Shown here piece by piece: positions 35,705 to 46,877 of a stretch of DNA of 64,000 nt. The notes under the pieces were generated by a model, which searched no databases, was not told the origin of the DNA, and was given only the letters and a program-made list of their open reading frames with translations. Each line of letters begins with the position of its first letter. The stretch's first letter is position 1. The DNA is from Chiloscyllium plagiosum (Eukaryota). A program made the translations under genes and the position numbers. The DNA is taken from contig NC_057749.1 of NCBI RefSeq assembly GCF_004010195.1, forward strand, positions 7,027,416-7,091,415, given 5' to 3'.

Positions 35705-36630
35705 CATAGCGTCATAGGGTCATACAATATGGAAACAGTACTCGGTCCAACCAGTCCATGTTGAATGTAATCCTAAACTCAACTAGTTCCACCTGCCTGC
35801 TCCTCACCCAAACTCCTGTAAACTTTTCTTATTCATGTACCTCTCAAAATGTCTTTTAAACCTTGTCATTGTACCCACATCCACCACTTCCTCAGGAAGT
35901 TCATTCCGCACACAAGCCACCCTCTGTGTATCAAAATTACTCCTTGTGTCTTTTTTTAAATCGCTCTCCTCTCATCTTAAAAAATGCCCCCGGTCTTGAA
36001 AGCCCCATCCCAGGAAAAGATGACTACAATAACTCTATCCATATCCCGCATTATTTTATGAAGTTCCACAACGTCGCCTCTTAACCTCCTATGCTTTAGT
36101 GAAAAAATCCCAGCCTTTCTTTATAACTCAAACCTTCCATACCCAGCAACATTCTGATAAATCTCTCCTCAACTCTCTCTAGCTTGATAATACCGTTCCT
36201 GTAACTGGACAACAAGAATGGTGGCACAATGGTTAGCACTGCTGCCTCGCAGTGCCAGAGACCCGGGTTCAATTCCCGCCTCAGGTGACTGACTGTGTGG
36301 AGTTTGCACATTCTCCCCGTGTCTGCGTGGGTTTCCTCCAGGTGCTCCGGTTTCCTCCCACAGTCCAAAGATGTGCAGGTTAGGTGAATTGGCCATACTA
36401 AATTGCCCATAGTGTTAGGTGAAGGGGTAAATGTAGGGGAATGGGTGGGTTGCGCTTTGGAGGGTTGGTGTGGACTTGTTGGGCTGAAGGGCCTGTTTCC
36501 ACACTGTAAGTAATCTGAATCTAAACTGGACACAGTAGTCCAGAAGAGGCCTCACTGATGTTGTGTACAACCTCAACATGACTTCCCAACTCCCATATAC
36601 AAAGGCCTGAGCAAGGAAAGCAAACTTGCC
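35705..36630 (-). mobile_element. CR1 LINE 3' part with a nested HE1 (36219-36523, +)
   Basis: rc reads WEVMLRLYTTSVRPLLDYCVQF | ...IIKLERVEERFIRMLLGMEGLSYKERLG on either side of the SINE. Confidence 0.9.
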
Positions 36631-36651
36631 AAATGATTTATTTAACTGCAA

Positions 36652-36845
36652 CCAAAAACAGAAATTGCTGGGAAAGTTCATCAGGCCTGGCAGCATCTGC
36701 GGAGAGAAATCAGAGGTAATGTTTTGGGTCCGGTGACCCTTCCTCAGCCTTCTCTTCACAGATGCTGCCAGATTTCTGAGCTTTTCCAGCAATGTTTTGA
36801 TTTTGTTACTGATTTACAGCATCCGTAGTTTTGTTTTGGCTTTTT
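36652..36845. mobile_element. Fold-back mini-PLE family C
   Basis: Inverted arms. rc core CTGAGGA-A-GGGTC-ACCG-GACCC-AAAA-CATT at ~36718-36747 (CpG-decayed). Confidence 0.75.
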
Positions 36846-37166
36846 TTAACTACCACTATAAGTGAGGCAAACTTCAAAGAATTATGTTATGCTTGTTAGA
36901 AGTCCAGGAAACATTGGATCAAGTCTAATGCCTTCAGCATGTGCATTCAGACAAGTTTTCAAATTTGAATCTTTTGAAAATAAAGGAGCAGGAATCGCTA
37001 ACTGGACCCAAATTTATTGCCTCTCCTTAAATGTCCTTGAGAAGGTGGTAGTGAGCTGCCTTCTTGAACTGCTGTAGTTCATTCGGTTTAGGTCCAGCCG
37101 CAATTAAGAAAGGAGTTCCAGGATTTTAATCTGACATGTCAAACATTCTTAAAGCCTTTCAACATA

Positions 37167-37478
37167 CACGGTGGCTCAGTGGTTAGCACTGCTGCCTCAC
37201 AGCACCAGGGTCCCAGGTTCGATTCCTGCTCAGGTGACTGCCTGTGTGGAGTTTGCACATTCTCCCTGTGTCTGTGTGGGTTTCCACCAGGTGCTCTGGT
37301 TTCTTCCCACAGACTGAAGATGTACAGGGTAGGTGAATTGGCCATGCTAAGTTGCCCATAGTGTTAGGTGCATTAGTCAGAGGGGAAATGGGTCTGGGTG
37401 GGTTACTCTTCGGAGGGTATGTGTGGACTGGTTGGGCTGAAGGGCCTGTTTCCACACTGTAGGGAATCTAATCTAATC
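37167..37478 (+). mobile_element. HE1-type V-SINE
   Basis: Full head, V-domain and tail gaatctaatctaatc. Confidence 0.93.
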
Positions 37479-39280
37479 AAACGTGGGGGCATAGGGATTG
37501 AGGTGGCGATTAACAAAAATGGCGATAAACACCGCATTGCTTCTCCATTTTGATAGCAATGTCATTATCCTATGTAGATGAGACAGTGTGTATCTGACAT
37601 GCAACCTTACTGCACACAGACCATATTCTGCGGTCACCCTTCATACCAACATAAACAGTTCAGGTCAGCATACCTCGAATCTGTGCATTGCTTAACAGAC
37701 AAAACTTTTCAACCAAGTCTGTTCCCGCTGTGTGAGGCAGCTGACATTGACTTGCAATAAGTAACAGAGTAATTGGTGAGTGTGCAGTTTCAGAGTGGGG
37801 AGTGCACTTTCTTCCCCCCCCACCCTCCCCCCGGCTTAGGCACCAAGTTTAATAGACGATCATTTATATGCATTTGCAGTTTGAACACATTTAATTAGAT
37901 GTAATGATCCCATTGTTGCTGGGGCAATGACACATGGAAAATGAGATGACACAAGATTTAAATTAACTGTCAGTCAGCCTGTCTGGCAGCAAGAGTGCCT
38001 GAAAAAGAGTCAGCGCTCGCTATGCATGTTCTGCATCCAACCAGTTAATCCAAGGCAGCGCTGGATTACAGCCTGTGATCAGATCTCTGCCTTCAACAGA
38101 TGGGCCGGACAGAATCATCGCTCTTCGGGGCTGTTTAAAATTCATTCATCACAAAATCAAGGTTAAAGAGATTTTGTCGCCCTTGCTTAACCCCTTCCTG
38201 ACTTAGACACAGCGTTCTGACAAACTCCTAGCACACATGCACAACAAACACACATAATGCCTCTAGTGACAGTGAAAATCCCCATTAGTTAACAACTTAT
38301 TGTCAATTACAGATGGAAAGTGACCGATATATATTCTCGTCCTTGATTTCAAATCTCTCCCTGGGTCTTGCCCTTCCAACCTCTGTTACCTCCTCTAGCC
38401 CCTCCAAGATTTTTGCACCCTCCAGTTGGAATTTCTTTGCATCCTCAATTTCAGTCACCTCATAATGATGATACTGCCTTTAGATGCTTAGAATCAAGGT
38501 CTAGACTTATATCCCTTTCTGCTCCCAGAAGATGTTCCTTAACGCTCACCTCATTGCCCAAGCCCTTGGTCACCTGTCCCTATAACTCTCCACGAGGTTC
38601 CATGTCAAGTTTCGCCTGGTGTTGGCTCCTACAAAATGTCCAGGAATGTTAAATGCATTACTTTAATCCCCGGTCAGGGAGGGTCAAATTACAAATCAGA
38701 ATTTATAGGTTTTTTTGCTGGAAACGAAAAGCGCCGGATTCGAAGCCCGATATATAAATGCCCAACATATTCCTATTTCTGTTCTTCCCTAATCTATAAG
38801 ACTGGATTCAATGGAATCGATTGGGTACACTTTCATTCATTCACATGGGAGGGACAAACCTGGCCTTTAACTGCAGTGAAATCATGAAATGTTTGTTCTT
38901 CACAGGACGCGAGCACTGCTGAGTAAGCAGTACATGTTTCCTATTCCTATTTGCCCTCAGAAAGGTGATGGTAAGAGGCATTTTCAGATGGCTGCACTCC
39001 CTGTGGTTTAGGTATCTGGTAGATGGAGCCAATTCCAGGATCTTGGCTCAGTGAAGGAACAGCAATATTGTTCCAAGGCAGGATGGTGTGCAGCTTGGAA
39101 GGGAACTCGAAGGTGATGGCTTCCGCTCTCCTTGACTTTTCAGGTGGGAGAGGTCAAAGGTTGAGAAGGTGCTGTCAAAGCAGCTGGCCAGTTGCTTCAG
39201 TGCATCTTGTGTGTGGTTCTACTGCTGACAGTGTGCCAACGTCAGAGGGAATAAGCATGGTGGTGCATGGAACCAATGGA

Positions 39281-39415
39281 ATTCTGAGGGGGTGTCACTG
39301 GACCCGAAATTATAACTCTGATTTCTCTTCACAGTTGTTACCAGACCTGCTGAGCTTTTCCAGCAGCTTCTGTTTTTGTTTCTGACTTACAGCATCTGCA
39401 GTTCTTTCGCTTTTT
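39281..39415 (+). mobile_element. PLE family C pLTR end
   Basis: attctgagggggtgtcactggacccgaaattataactctgatttctcttcacag...ccagacctgctgagcttttccagc. Confidence 0.7.
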
Positions 39416-41071
39416 ACTTAGCAGGGTGCTTTGTCTGCAATGCATAGTGTGTTACGACCACACACACAGCAACCGGGTGATGTTCACTCTACAGTATCAA
39501 ACAGCAATGAACTGAAGATGCTAGAAATCCGAAACAAAAACAGAAACTCAGCAGGTCTGGCAGCATCTATGGACATAGATGTACATCAAACAAATGAACT
39601 GCACTGTAATGTTTGGCAGCATCTGTGGAGAGAAAGCGCTGGACTGGAAACCTTAACTCTGTTTTTCTTCTCTCTCTCTCTCTCCATAGATGCTGCCAAA
39701 TGTTACAGTACAGTTAGCTTGTTAGATGTACACCAGGCAAATACATAAGGAGGCTATTCAGTCCGTCCTGCCCGTGTCAGCCCTTCTGCAGCTCATTTCA
39801 TCCATTCCCAAGAATGCTTTGCCTTTCAATTCCTTTCTGAAAGTTACTGTTAAATCTGCTTTGACACACTTTTATGCAGATTGTAGCTTGCCATGTCACA
39901 GAAGGAAGATCTACTTATTTCCCTCGTGGTTTTCCTTTAGCATCGGGTGTAAAGCGAAGGAAAATGAGGTCAGGATATAGAACTGGGGGCCAATTTCTCA
40001 CCATCCCCTCTTAGAAGCAAAAGGGGCTTTTATAATTCACGACTGAGTGACAGGCCTGGATACTGTCAAAAAGATTACGTTCGCTGAATAATGCGGGGCA
40101 CAAACATACCTAGTCTGTGGGCACATTCAGGTTATTTTCACCTAAATACAGGTTGAGGCAGAAGCATCTGTCTGTATGAGATATTTGAGATGTAGCGCAG
40201 AACTGCCTCTGCCTCCTGTGGGCTTCTCTCCTCCAGCGTTTTAACTTGAGAAGTTCAAAGTCTCTTTTTGGATCATCTCTGAGGCCCTGCATTTCTCTGG
40301 GACCACATTGTTTTTGATGATTACTGCCTGCTACAGCCAGAAGCCTTTTGGTTTAACCTTTTAGTTTCTGGATTTGTTCTCGCACCCTCATTGCTGTGCC
40401 TGGCAACACGTGCGCTGACATTCCAGACTCCAGGCCTGCAGATTGCCTCATTTCCCTTTCCAAGTGGAAGCCACACTCTGGTACTGAAAGAATGCTGCAC
40501 TGGACGAGGTGCTATCAGTTTGGATGGGGTGTTAAATAAAGGTGAGGCAGTGGGGCAGAGTGACTTCGTTCCAGGGTCAAAGTAGTCTACCCGGCTTAGG
40601 GGGGGAAGGATGACAGAGGAGGGAGGAGTAAAGGGTTTGCTGTGGAGTCAACAATAATACATGACCATGGAACCATTCACTTGGGGAAATCTCCCCAGTC
40701 CCCGTTTGGATAGTCCTTTCCCACTTGATTTTCTTACGCTGTAACAAAAGAAGAGAAAGGGGCTGGACTGGTAACATGAGCGCATCACTAGTATCACTGA
40801 AAGTTGATGTTTGTCTAATATGGCCAACTTATCAGTCCACAGAACACTTCAGGGTCATTCAAAAGAAGCCATTAAGTGAAGCAGTCCAATATTGTTTGCA
40901 AGGATAATGACAATTTTTGACCTTTGTGGATCTATGGAGGGTGAGGTAGATTTTTAATCAGCAGAGGTTATGGTGGAGCAGACAAGACTGTACAATTGAG
41001 GAGGGGAAAGTGAGGACTGCAGATGCTGGAGATCAGAGCTGAAAATGTGTTGCTGGAAAAGCGCAGCAGGC

Positions 41072-41269
41072 CATCATGTCCTTGGTGGAGTGGGAGGGGG
41101 AGTTGAAGTGTTGAGCCACGGGGTGGTTGGGTTGGTTGGTGTGGGTGTCCCAGAGGTGTTCTCTGAAACGTTCCGCAAGTAGGCGGCCTGTCTCCCCAAT
41201 ATAGAGGAGGCCACATCGGCTGCAGCGGATGCAATAGATGATGTGTGTGGAGGTGCAGGTGAATTTGTG
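41072..41269 (-). pseudogene. GIY-YIG endonuclease fragment of the PLE ORF
   Basis: Open 66 codons: HKFTCTSTHIIYCIRCSRCGLLYIGETGRLLAERFREHLWDTHTNQPNHPVAQHFNSPSHSTKDMM (IIY..CxxC..YIGET..R..EH..HFN). Confidence 0.92.
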
Positions 41270-42264
41270 NNNNNNNNNNNNNNNNNNNNNNNNNNNNNNN
41301 NNNNNNNNNNNNNNNNNNNNNNNNNNNNNNNNNNNNNNNNNNNNNNNNNNNNNNNNNNNNNNNNNNNNNNNNNNNNNNNNNNNNNNNNNNNNNNNNNNNN
41401 NNNNNNNNNNNNNNNNNNNNNNNNNNNNNNNNNNNNNNNNNNNNNNNNNNNNNNNNNNNNNNNNNNNNNNNNNNNNNNNNNNNNNNNNNNNNNNNNNNNN
41501 NNNNNNNNNNNNNNNNNNNNNNNNNNNNNNNNNNNNNNNNNNNNNNNNNNNNNNNNNNNNNNNNNNNNNNNNNNNNNNNNNNNNNNNNNNNNNNNNNNNN
41601 NNNNNNNNNNNNNNNNNNNNNNNNNNNNNNNNNNNNNNNNNNNNNNNNNNNNNNNNNNNNNNNNNNNNNNNNNNNNNNNNNNNNNNNNNNNNNNNNNNNN
41701 NNNNNNNNNNNNNNNNNNNNNNNNNNNNNNNNNNNNNNNNNNNNNNNNNNNNNNNNNNNNNNNNNNNNNNNNNNNNNNNNNNNNNNNNNNNNNNNNNNNN
41801 NNNNNNNNNNNNNNNNNNNNNNNNNNNNNNNNNNNNNNNNNNNNNNNNNNNNNNNNNNNNNNNNNNNNNNNNNNNNNNNNNNNNNNNNNNNNNNNNNNNN
41901 NNNNNNNNNNNNNNNNNNNNNNNNNNNNNNNNNNNNNNNNNNNNNNNNNNNNNNNNNNNNNNNNNNNNNNNNNNNNNNNNNNNNNNNNNNNNNNNNNNNN
42001 NNNNNNNNNNNNNNNNNNNNNNNNNNNNNNNNNNNNNNNNNNNNNNNNNNNNNNNNNNNNNNNNNNNNNNNNNNNNNNNNNNNNNNNNNNNNNNNNNNNN
42101 NNNNNNNNNNNNNNNNNNNNNNNNNNNNNNNNNNNNNNNNNNNNNNNNNNNNNNNNNNNNNNNNNNNNNNNNNNNNNNNNNNNNNNNNNNNNNNNNNNNN
42201 NNNNNNNNNNNNNNNNNNNNNNNNNNNNNNNNNNNNNNNNNNNNNNNNNNNNNNNNNNNNNNNN
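41270..42264. other. Assembly gap (995 N)
   Basis: N run. Confidence 1.
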
Positions 42265-42421
42265 TCAGTCAAATCCCTTGAACTCAGCACCGCCTTCCTA
42301 ACCTGCAATCTTCTTCCTGACCTCTCACCTTGACCTCCTTCCACCCATCGCATTTCCAACGCCCCTCCCCCAAGTCCCTCCTCCCTACCTTTTATCTTAG
42401 CCTGCTGGACAGACTTTCCTC

Positions 42422-42457
42422 ATTCCTGAAGAAGGGCTCGTGCCCGAAACGTCGATT
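42422..42457 (+). ncRNA. Minimal hammerhead ribozyme motif (PLE-associated, loop-less palindromic stem III)
   Basis: attc-CTGAAGA-A-GGGC-TCGT-GCCC-GAAA-C|G-T-C-gatt. All catalytic core nucleotides are present; predicted cleavage after C42453. Stem I is only partly paired. Confidence 0.72.
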
Positions 42458-42566
42458 TTCCTGCTCCTTGGATGCTGCCTGACCTGCTGCACTTTTCCAG
42501 CAACACATTTTCAGCTCTGTACAATTGAGGACACAATCAGATCTTATTGCGTGGTGGAGCAGACGT

Positions 42567-43175
42567 CATAGAAACCCTACGCTGTGGAGGCAGGTCACTG
42601 GGCCCATCATGTCCACACCAACCCTCTGAAGTGCATTCCCAGCCAGAACCCTGCCTTATCCCTGTAACCCTGTACCTACCATGGTGAATCCACCTGACCT
42701 GCATATGGAAGGAAACCGGAGCATCCAGAGGAAACCCATGCAGACATGTGGAGAATGTGCACACTCCGCACAGCCACCTGAGGGTGGAATCAAACCCGAG
42801 TCCCTGGCACTGTTAGGCAGCAGTGCTGACCACTGTACCACCGTGCTGGCAAATGGACTACTTCTGTTTTCTTGTGTTTTAAGGTGCAACTTATTGCATT
42901 ATCATAGAATAGAATCCCCACAGTGCGGAAACAGGCCACTCGATCCATCAAGTCCACACCGACCCTTCGAAGAAAATCCCACCCAGATCCATCCCTCGAC
43001 CTTTTCCCTGTAACCCTGCATTTCCAATGGCTACTGCACCTAACCTGTACACTATGGGCAATTTAACATGACCAATCCACCCTGACCTGCACATCTTTGG
43101 ACTGTGGGAGGAAACTGGAACACCCGATGCAAACCCACGCAGACATGGGGAGAATGTGCAAACTCCAGACAGACA
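42567..43175 (-). mobile_element. Two adjacent HE1-type V-SINEs (42567-42845 and 42905-43175)
   Basis: Two rc tails and V-domains in the same orientation. Confidence 0.88.
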
Positions 43176-43983
43176 GTGTGGAGTTCTCTCGTTATCACCA
43201 CCCTCGTCAATGTACTATTCCTTTTCTGAATTTATGACCCAGGTTATGTGTAGGGTTGGCTCAGAAGTGATGAGCTGATACTTCACTCTTTCTCTTTTGC
43301 TGTTTTCAAGGGTAAAGCTGGCCTCAGCTTTGTCCCTCACCTGGGCTCAAGCCTTGGCAGCACATCAGAGCCTGGTGATTCACTGGGTGCCTCACAAGGA
43401 TGCAGGTGAACAATGGCCCAAGAGAACAGTGAGTGCGGCACATCAGAACGAGAAAGAACGAATGGTTTGGATGATAAACCTTCTCCCAGCTCCTTTTAAC
43501 TATTCGGACTGTGAAAGGGGGCTGCAAGCGCCCCTTTGGGAACGCAATGACTCAGTCTCCCTTGCAGAACAGTAATTAATGCGTGTCCTTTGTGTTGTAA
43601 ATGTGAGCAAAGAGTTTGGATTTGACAAATTCCTTTGATGTGATTGCTTTGATCTTAATGCAAATAGTACTTTTCGTGACCATCTTCTGCCAGCATTTGC
43701 AAGCCCTTCCCAACCCCCGTGAAGACTTGAGTCACAAACTGAAATAAAAGATTTCAAGAGAGTGACAGAAAAAAGGACCCTAGTCTGTGCACTGAGCTGT
43801 AATTGCGCGATATTTTTAATAGGTTTGCAGCTATGCTTTTTTTTTGTTACTCTGGTCTCAAAATTGAGACCTCAATCAGCAACAGCTTGCATTTGGATGC
43901 TGCCATATAGCAGCAAAAATAGCCCAATACATGGGTACAATCAAATAAAATTTGCCACCAAGTCACATGAGTCAAATGGTACG

Positions 43984-44310
43984 GCGGCACGGTGGCACAG
44001 TGATTAGCACTGCTGTCTCACAGCGCCAGGGACCCGGGTTCAATTCCCGCCTCAGGCGACTGACTGTGTGGAGTTTGCACGTTCTCCCCGTGTCTGTGTG
44101 GGTTTCCTCCGGGTGCTCCGGTTTCCTCCCACAGTCCAAAAATGTGCATGTCAGGTGAATTGGCCATGCTAAATTGCCTGCAGTGTTAGGTAAGGGGTAA
44201 GTGTAGGGTTATGGGTGGGTTGCGCTTCGGCGGGTCGGTGTGGACTTGTTGGGCCAAAGGGCCTGTTTCCACACTGTAATGTAATCTGTAATGTAATCTA
44301 ATCTGATCTA
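43984..44310 (+). mobile_element. Young HE1-type V-SINE
   Basis: gcggcacggtggcacagtgattagc...ccacactgtaatgtaatctgtaatgtaatctaatct. Confidence 0.95.
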
Positions 44311-44362
44311 AATGGGATAGATTTGAAGGAGCATTTTAAATGGAGAGAGATAAATGCAGAGA

Positions 44363-44645
44363 ATTAGATGACTTACAGTGTGGAAACAGGCCCTTTGGCC
44401 CAACAAGTCCTCACTGACCCTCCCACCCAGACCCATTCCCCTACACCTAACACTACGGGCAATTTAGCATGGCCAATTCATCTAACCTGCACATTTTTGG
44501 ACGGTGGGGGGAAACCAGAGCACCCGGAGGAAACCCACACAGACACGGGGAGAATGTGCAAACTCCACACAGACAGTTGCCTGAGGTGGGAATTGAACCC
44601 AGGTCTCTGGCACTGTGAGGCCACAGTGCTAACCACTGTGCCACA
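44363..44645 (-). mobile_element. HE1-type V-SINE, tail-to-tail with the previous copy
   Basis: ttagatgacttacagtgtggaaacaggccc...gctaaccactgtgccac. Confidence 0.93.
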
Positions 44646-44868
44646 TGCCACAGGGTATCTGGGGATCAAGGACTTTTAAGGGAGGAGAGTGCTGCAGAGA
44701 GATTGGGAGGTTTTGAGATAAAATTCCAGAGCTTAGAACGCAGGCAGATGGCAAATAATCAAGCAGCAATCAAACCTGGTTGGCACAGACAGGATGGGCC
44801 AAAGGGCCTGTTTCCTGGCTCTGATTGGAACTGATTTCATTCTTTCCCTCTCCCTTCTAGTGTTGGAG

Positions 44869-44970
44869 GGTTCCGAAGAAGATCATAACGGACTCAAAAC
44901 GTTAACTCTGTTTCTCTGTCAGCAGACACTGCCAAACCGGCTGTATTTCTCCAGCATTGTCTGTGTTTGT
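44869..44970 (+). mobile_element. PLE family C pLTR end, old
   Basis: ggttccgaagaagatcataacggactcaaaacgttaactctgtttctct...ctccagcattgtctgtg. Confidence 0.6.
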
Positions 44971-45009
44971 CCCAGTGAAAGGCAGAATCGGAGAAGTGCA
45001 GAGAGTTAT

Positions 45010-45225
45010 TGGTTTGCTCGGTTAGCTTGGACAGGCGGCTTGTGATGCTAACAATGTGGGTTCAATTCCCGAACCAACTGGGGTTCCATGAGGTACTCGT
45101 CTTCTCAACCTCTCCCCTCGCCTGAGGAATGCTGACTCTAAAGTTAACCCACCACCAGTCATCTCCCTAATGAGAGAGCAGCCCTATGGTCTGGTAACAT
45201 AATGGTGACTTGACCTTTTACTTTT
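45010..45225 (+). mobile_element. tRNA-headed SINE family B, near full length
   Basis: A-box-like gctcggttagc, B-box gggttcaattccc, body ctcgcctgagg...taatgagagagcagccctatggtc, tail gacttgacctttt. Confidence 0.75.
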
Positions 45226-45829
45226 ACCATATTAAATGGAGCTGCAGGTTTCAAGGGGCAGAATTACTTATTCCTGCCCTCAGAACTTGTGAATCTATGT
45301 ACACCAACACCCTCTTCGCTCTCTGTGGAAGCCTGTTGGGTTAATGGCAGGAGTAACACCCTCCTGAATTGTGTATATTCAGATTTGCCCAGTTGTTATA
45401 AATTAAATCTTCTGTCACTTTCTTGTAACACACAACACTTGAGGCTAGGTGTAAAGCTGATTACACTGTTAAGGAGCACTGAACTTCAATTTCAGACATC
45501 CCCAAATTGGAATTCTGAGTCTGAATCCCAGATCTGGATTTCCCTGATGTGCTGAAGCCCTAGGCTAATTTTCATTTAAGCGCGTGGTTCTGCAGTCGAT
45601 GCACAACATTGGCATCAAATTAAGTGGTTCCGATCTCACCTTTGTAAATGCTAATCTATTCATTCCTCATCCGATCAGGTCAATTTAGCAGCTCATTATA
45701 CACTAAATACAGTGCAACAGTCTAGCCAGTGTGAAATGGCATTTTTAATTCTTAGTTTGTCTCTTCATAGCCCTCTTTGTGCCTTCCTACCACCCCCATC
45801 CTCAACACACACTCTTCCATTACTAAAGG

Positions 45830-46110
45830 GCAGTATGGTGGCTTAGCTGCCTCACGGTGCCAGGATCCTGAGTTCAATCCCACCCTCAGGAGACTGTCTG
45901 TGTGGAGTTTACACATTTTCCCCACGCCTGTGTGGGTTTCCTCCGGGTGCTCCAGTTTCCTCCCACAGTCCAAAGATGTGCAGGTTAGATGGATTAGTCA
46001 TGGGAAATGCAGGGTTTCAGGGATGGGATGGGTCTGGGTGGGACGCTCTTTGGAGATCAGTGTGGATCTAATGGGCTGAATGGCCTGCTTCCACACTGTA
46101 GGGATTCTAA
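45830..46110 (+). mobile_element. HE1-type V-SINE
   Basis: V-domain and tail cctgcttccacactgtagggattcta. Confidence 0.9.
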
Positions 46111-46877
46111 ACGTACTTGTGCTGATAAAACAGCATTTATATACTCCACTGTGTGACAGGAGGCAGTACTCTTGACTCCGAGTCAGCAGTTTTCTTTCCA
46201 GGGATTTTGGCCGTTCATTTAAGGTGACGCTCTAGGATACTTAAGAATAAAAGGTAAAGTTGCAAAGATCCTAGAGAACCATAGGGAGAGTGAGACGACT
46301 GGTGATGGGTTTGATCTGAGAGTCAGTTGAGAAGGCACGGCAACCTCAGCTGGTACAGGAATTGAACCCGTGCTGTTGATATCAGTCTGCATCTCAAACC
46401 AATCATCCAGCCAACTGGGTATTCGGGAGGGCATTGGAGAAGAACAAATGATGTGCAAAGGTCCGGAGAAGAAAAGAGGATATTGGCACAAGGTAATGAT
46501 GCTCATTTGAAGAGCTGTTGGAAACATGATGGGAAGATCTGCCTCCTACTGTGGTGTACACTTCAGTGATTATGTGAAGGAGGATGGAATTGAAAAGCAG
46601 AGAACATAGGGAACCTTGCTTAGAGTATACTTGACAAACTGTGAACATTTAGAAAAATGATATGGAGACACGGAACAGATTCACAAGTACCGAGAGGTTA
46701 CATCTACCAGGAAAGATTGGACTGGACTGAATTCTTTTTGTTGTGCAACCTATTAGAAACCTTTCAGGATTTAGTTGGTTAATGTAGAAATGTTTCCATT
46801 CTCTTTTTTGGGGAGGGGGAGACATAAATCAAGGGCCATCAAACACTCACTAGGAATTCACGCAAAAGTCACTGCAC

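Larger units (their letters stand above)
41003..42519 (-). mobile_element. Penelope-like (Neptune-type) retroelement with inverted ends, spanning an assembly gap
   Basis: pLTR plus tail (-) at 41003-41070, GIY-YIG fragment (-), gap, then 3' UTR plus pLTR (+) at 42265-42519. TSD ctgtacaattgagga at 40988-41002 and 42517-42531. Confidence 0.9.

Noticed and set aside
40968..42359. Long ORFs of 463, 347 and 352 aa
   Set aside because: They are artefacts of reading through 995 N; the real coding remnant is in another frame (41072-41269 -).
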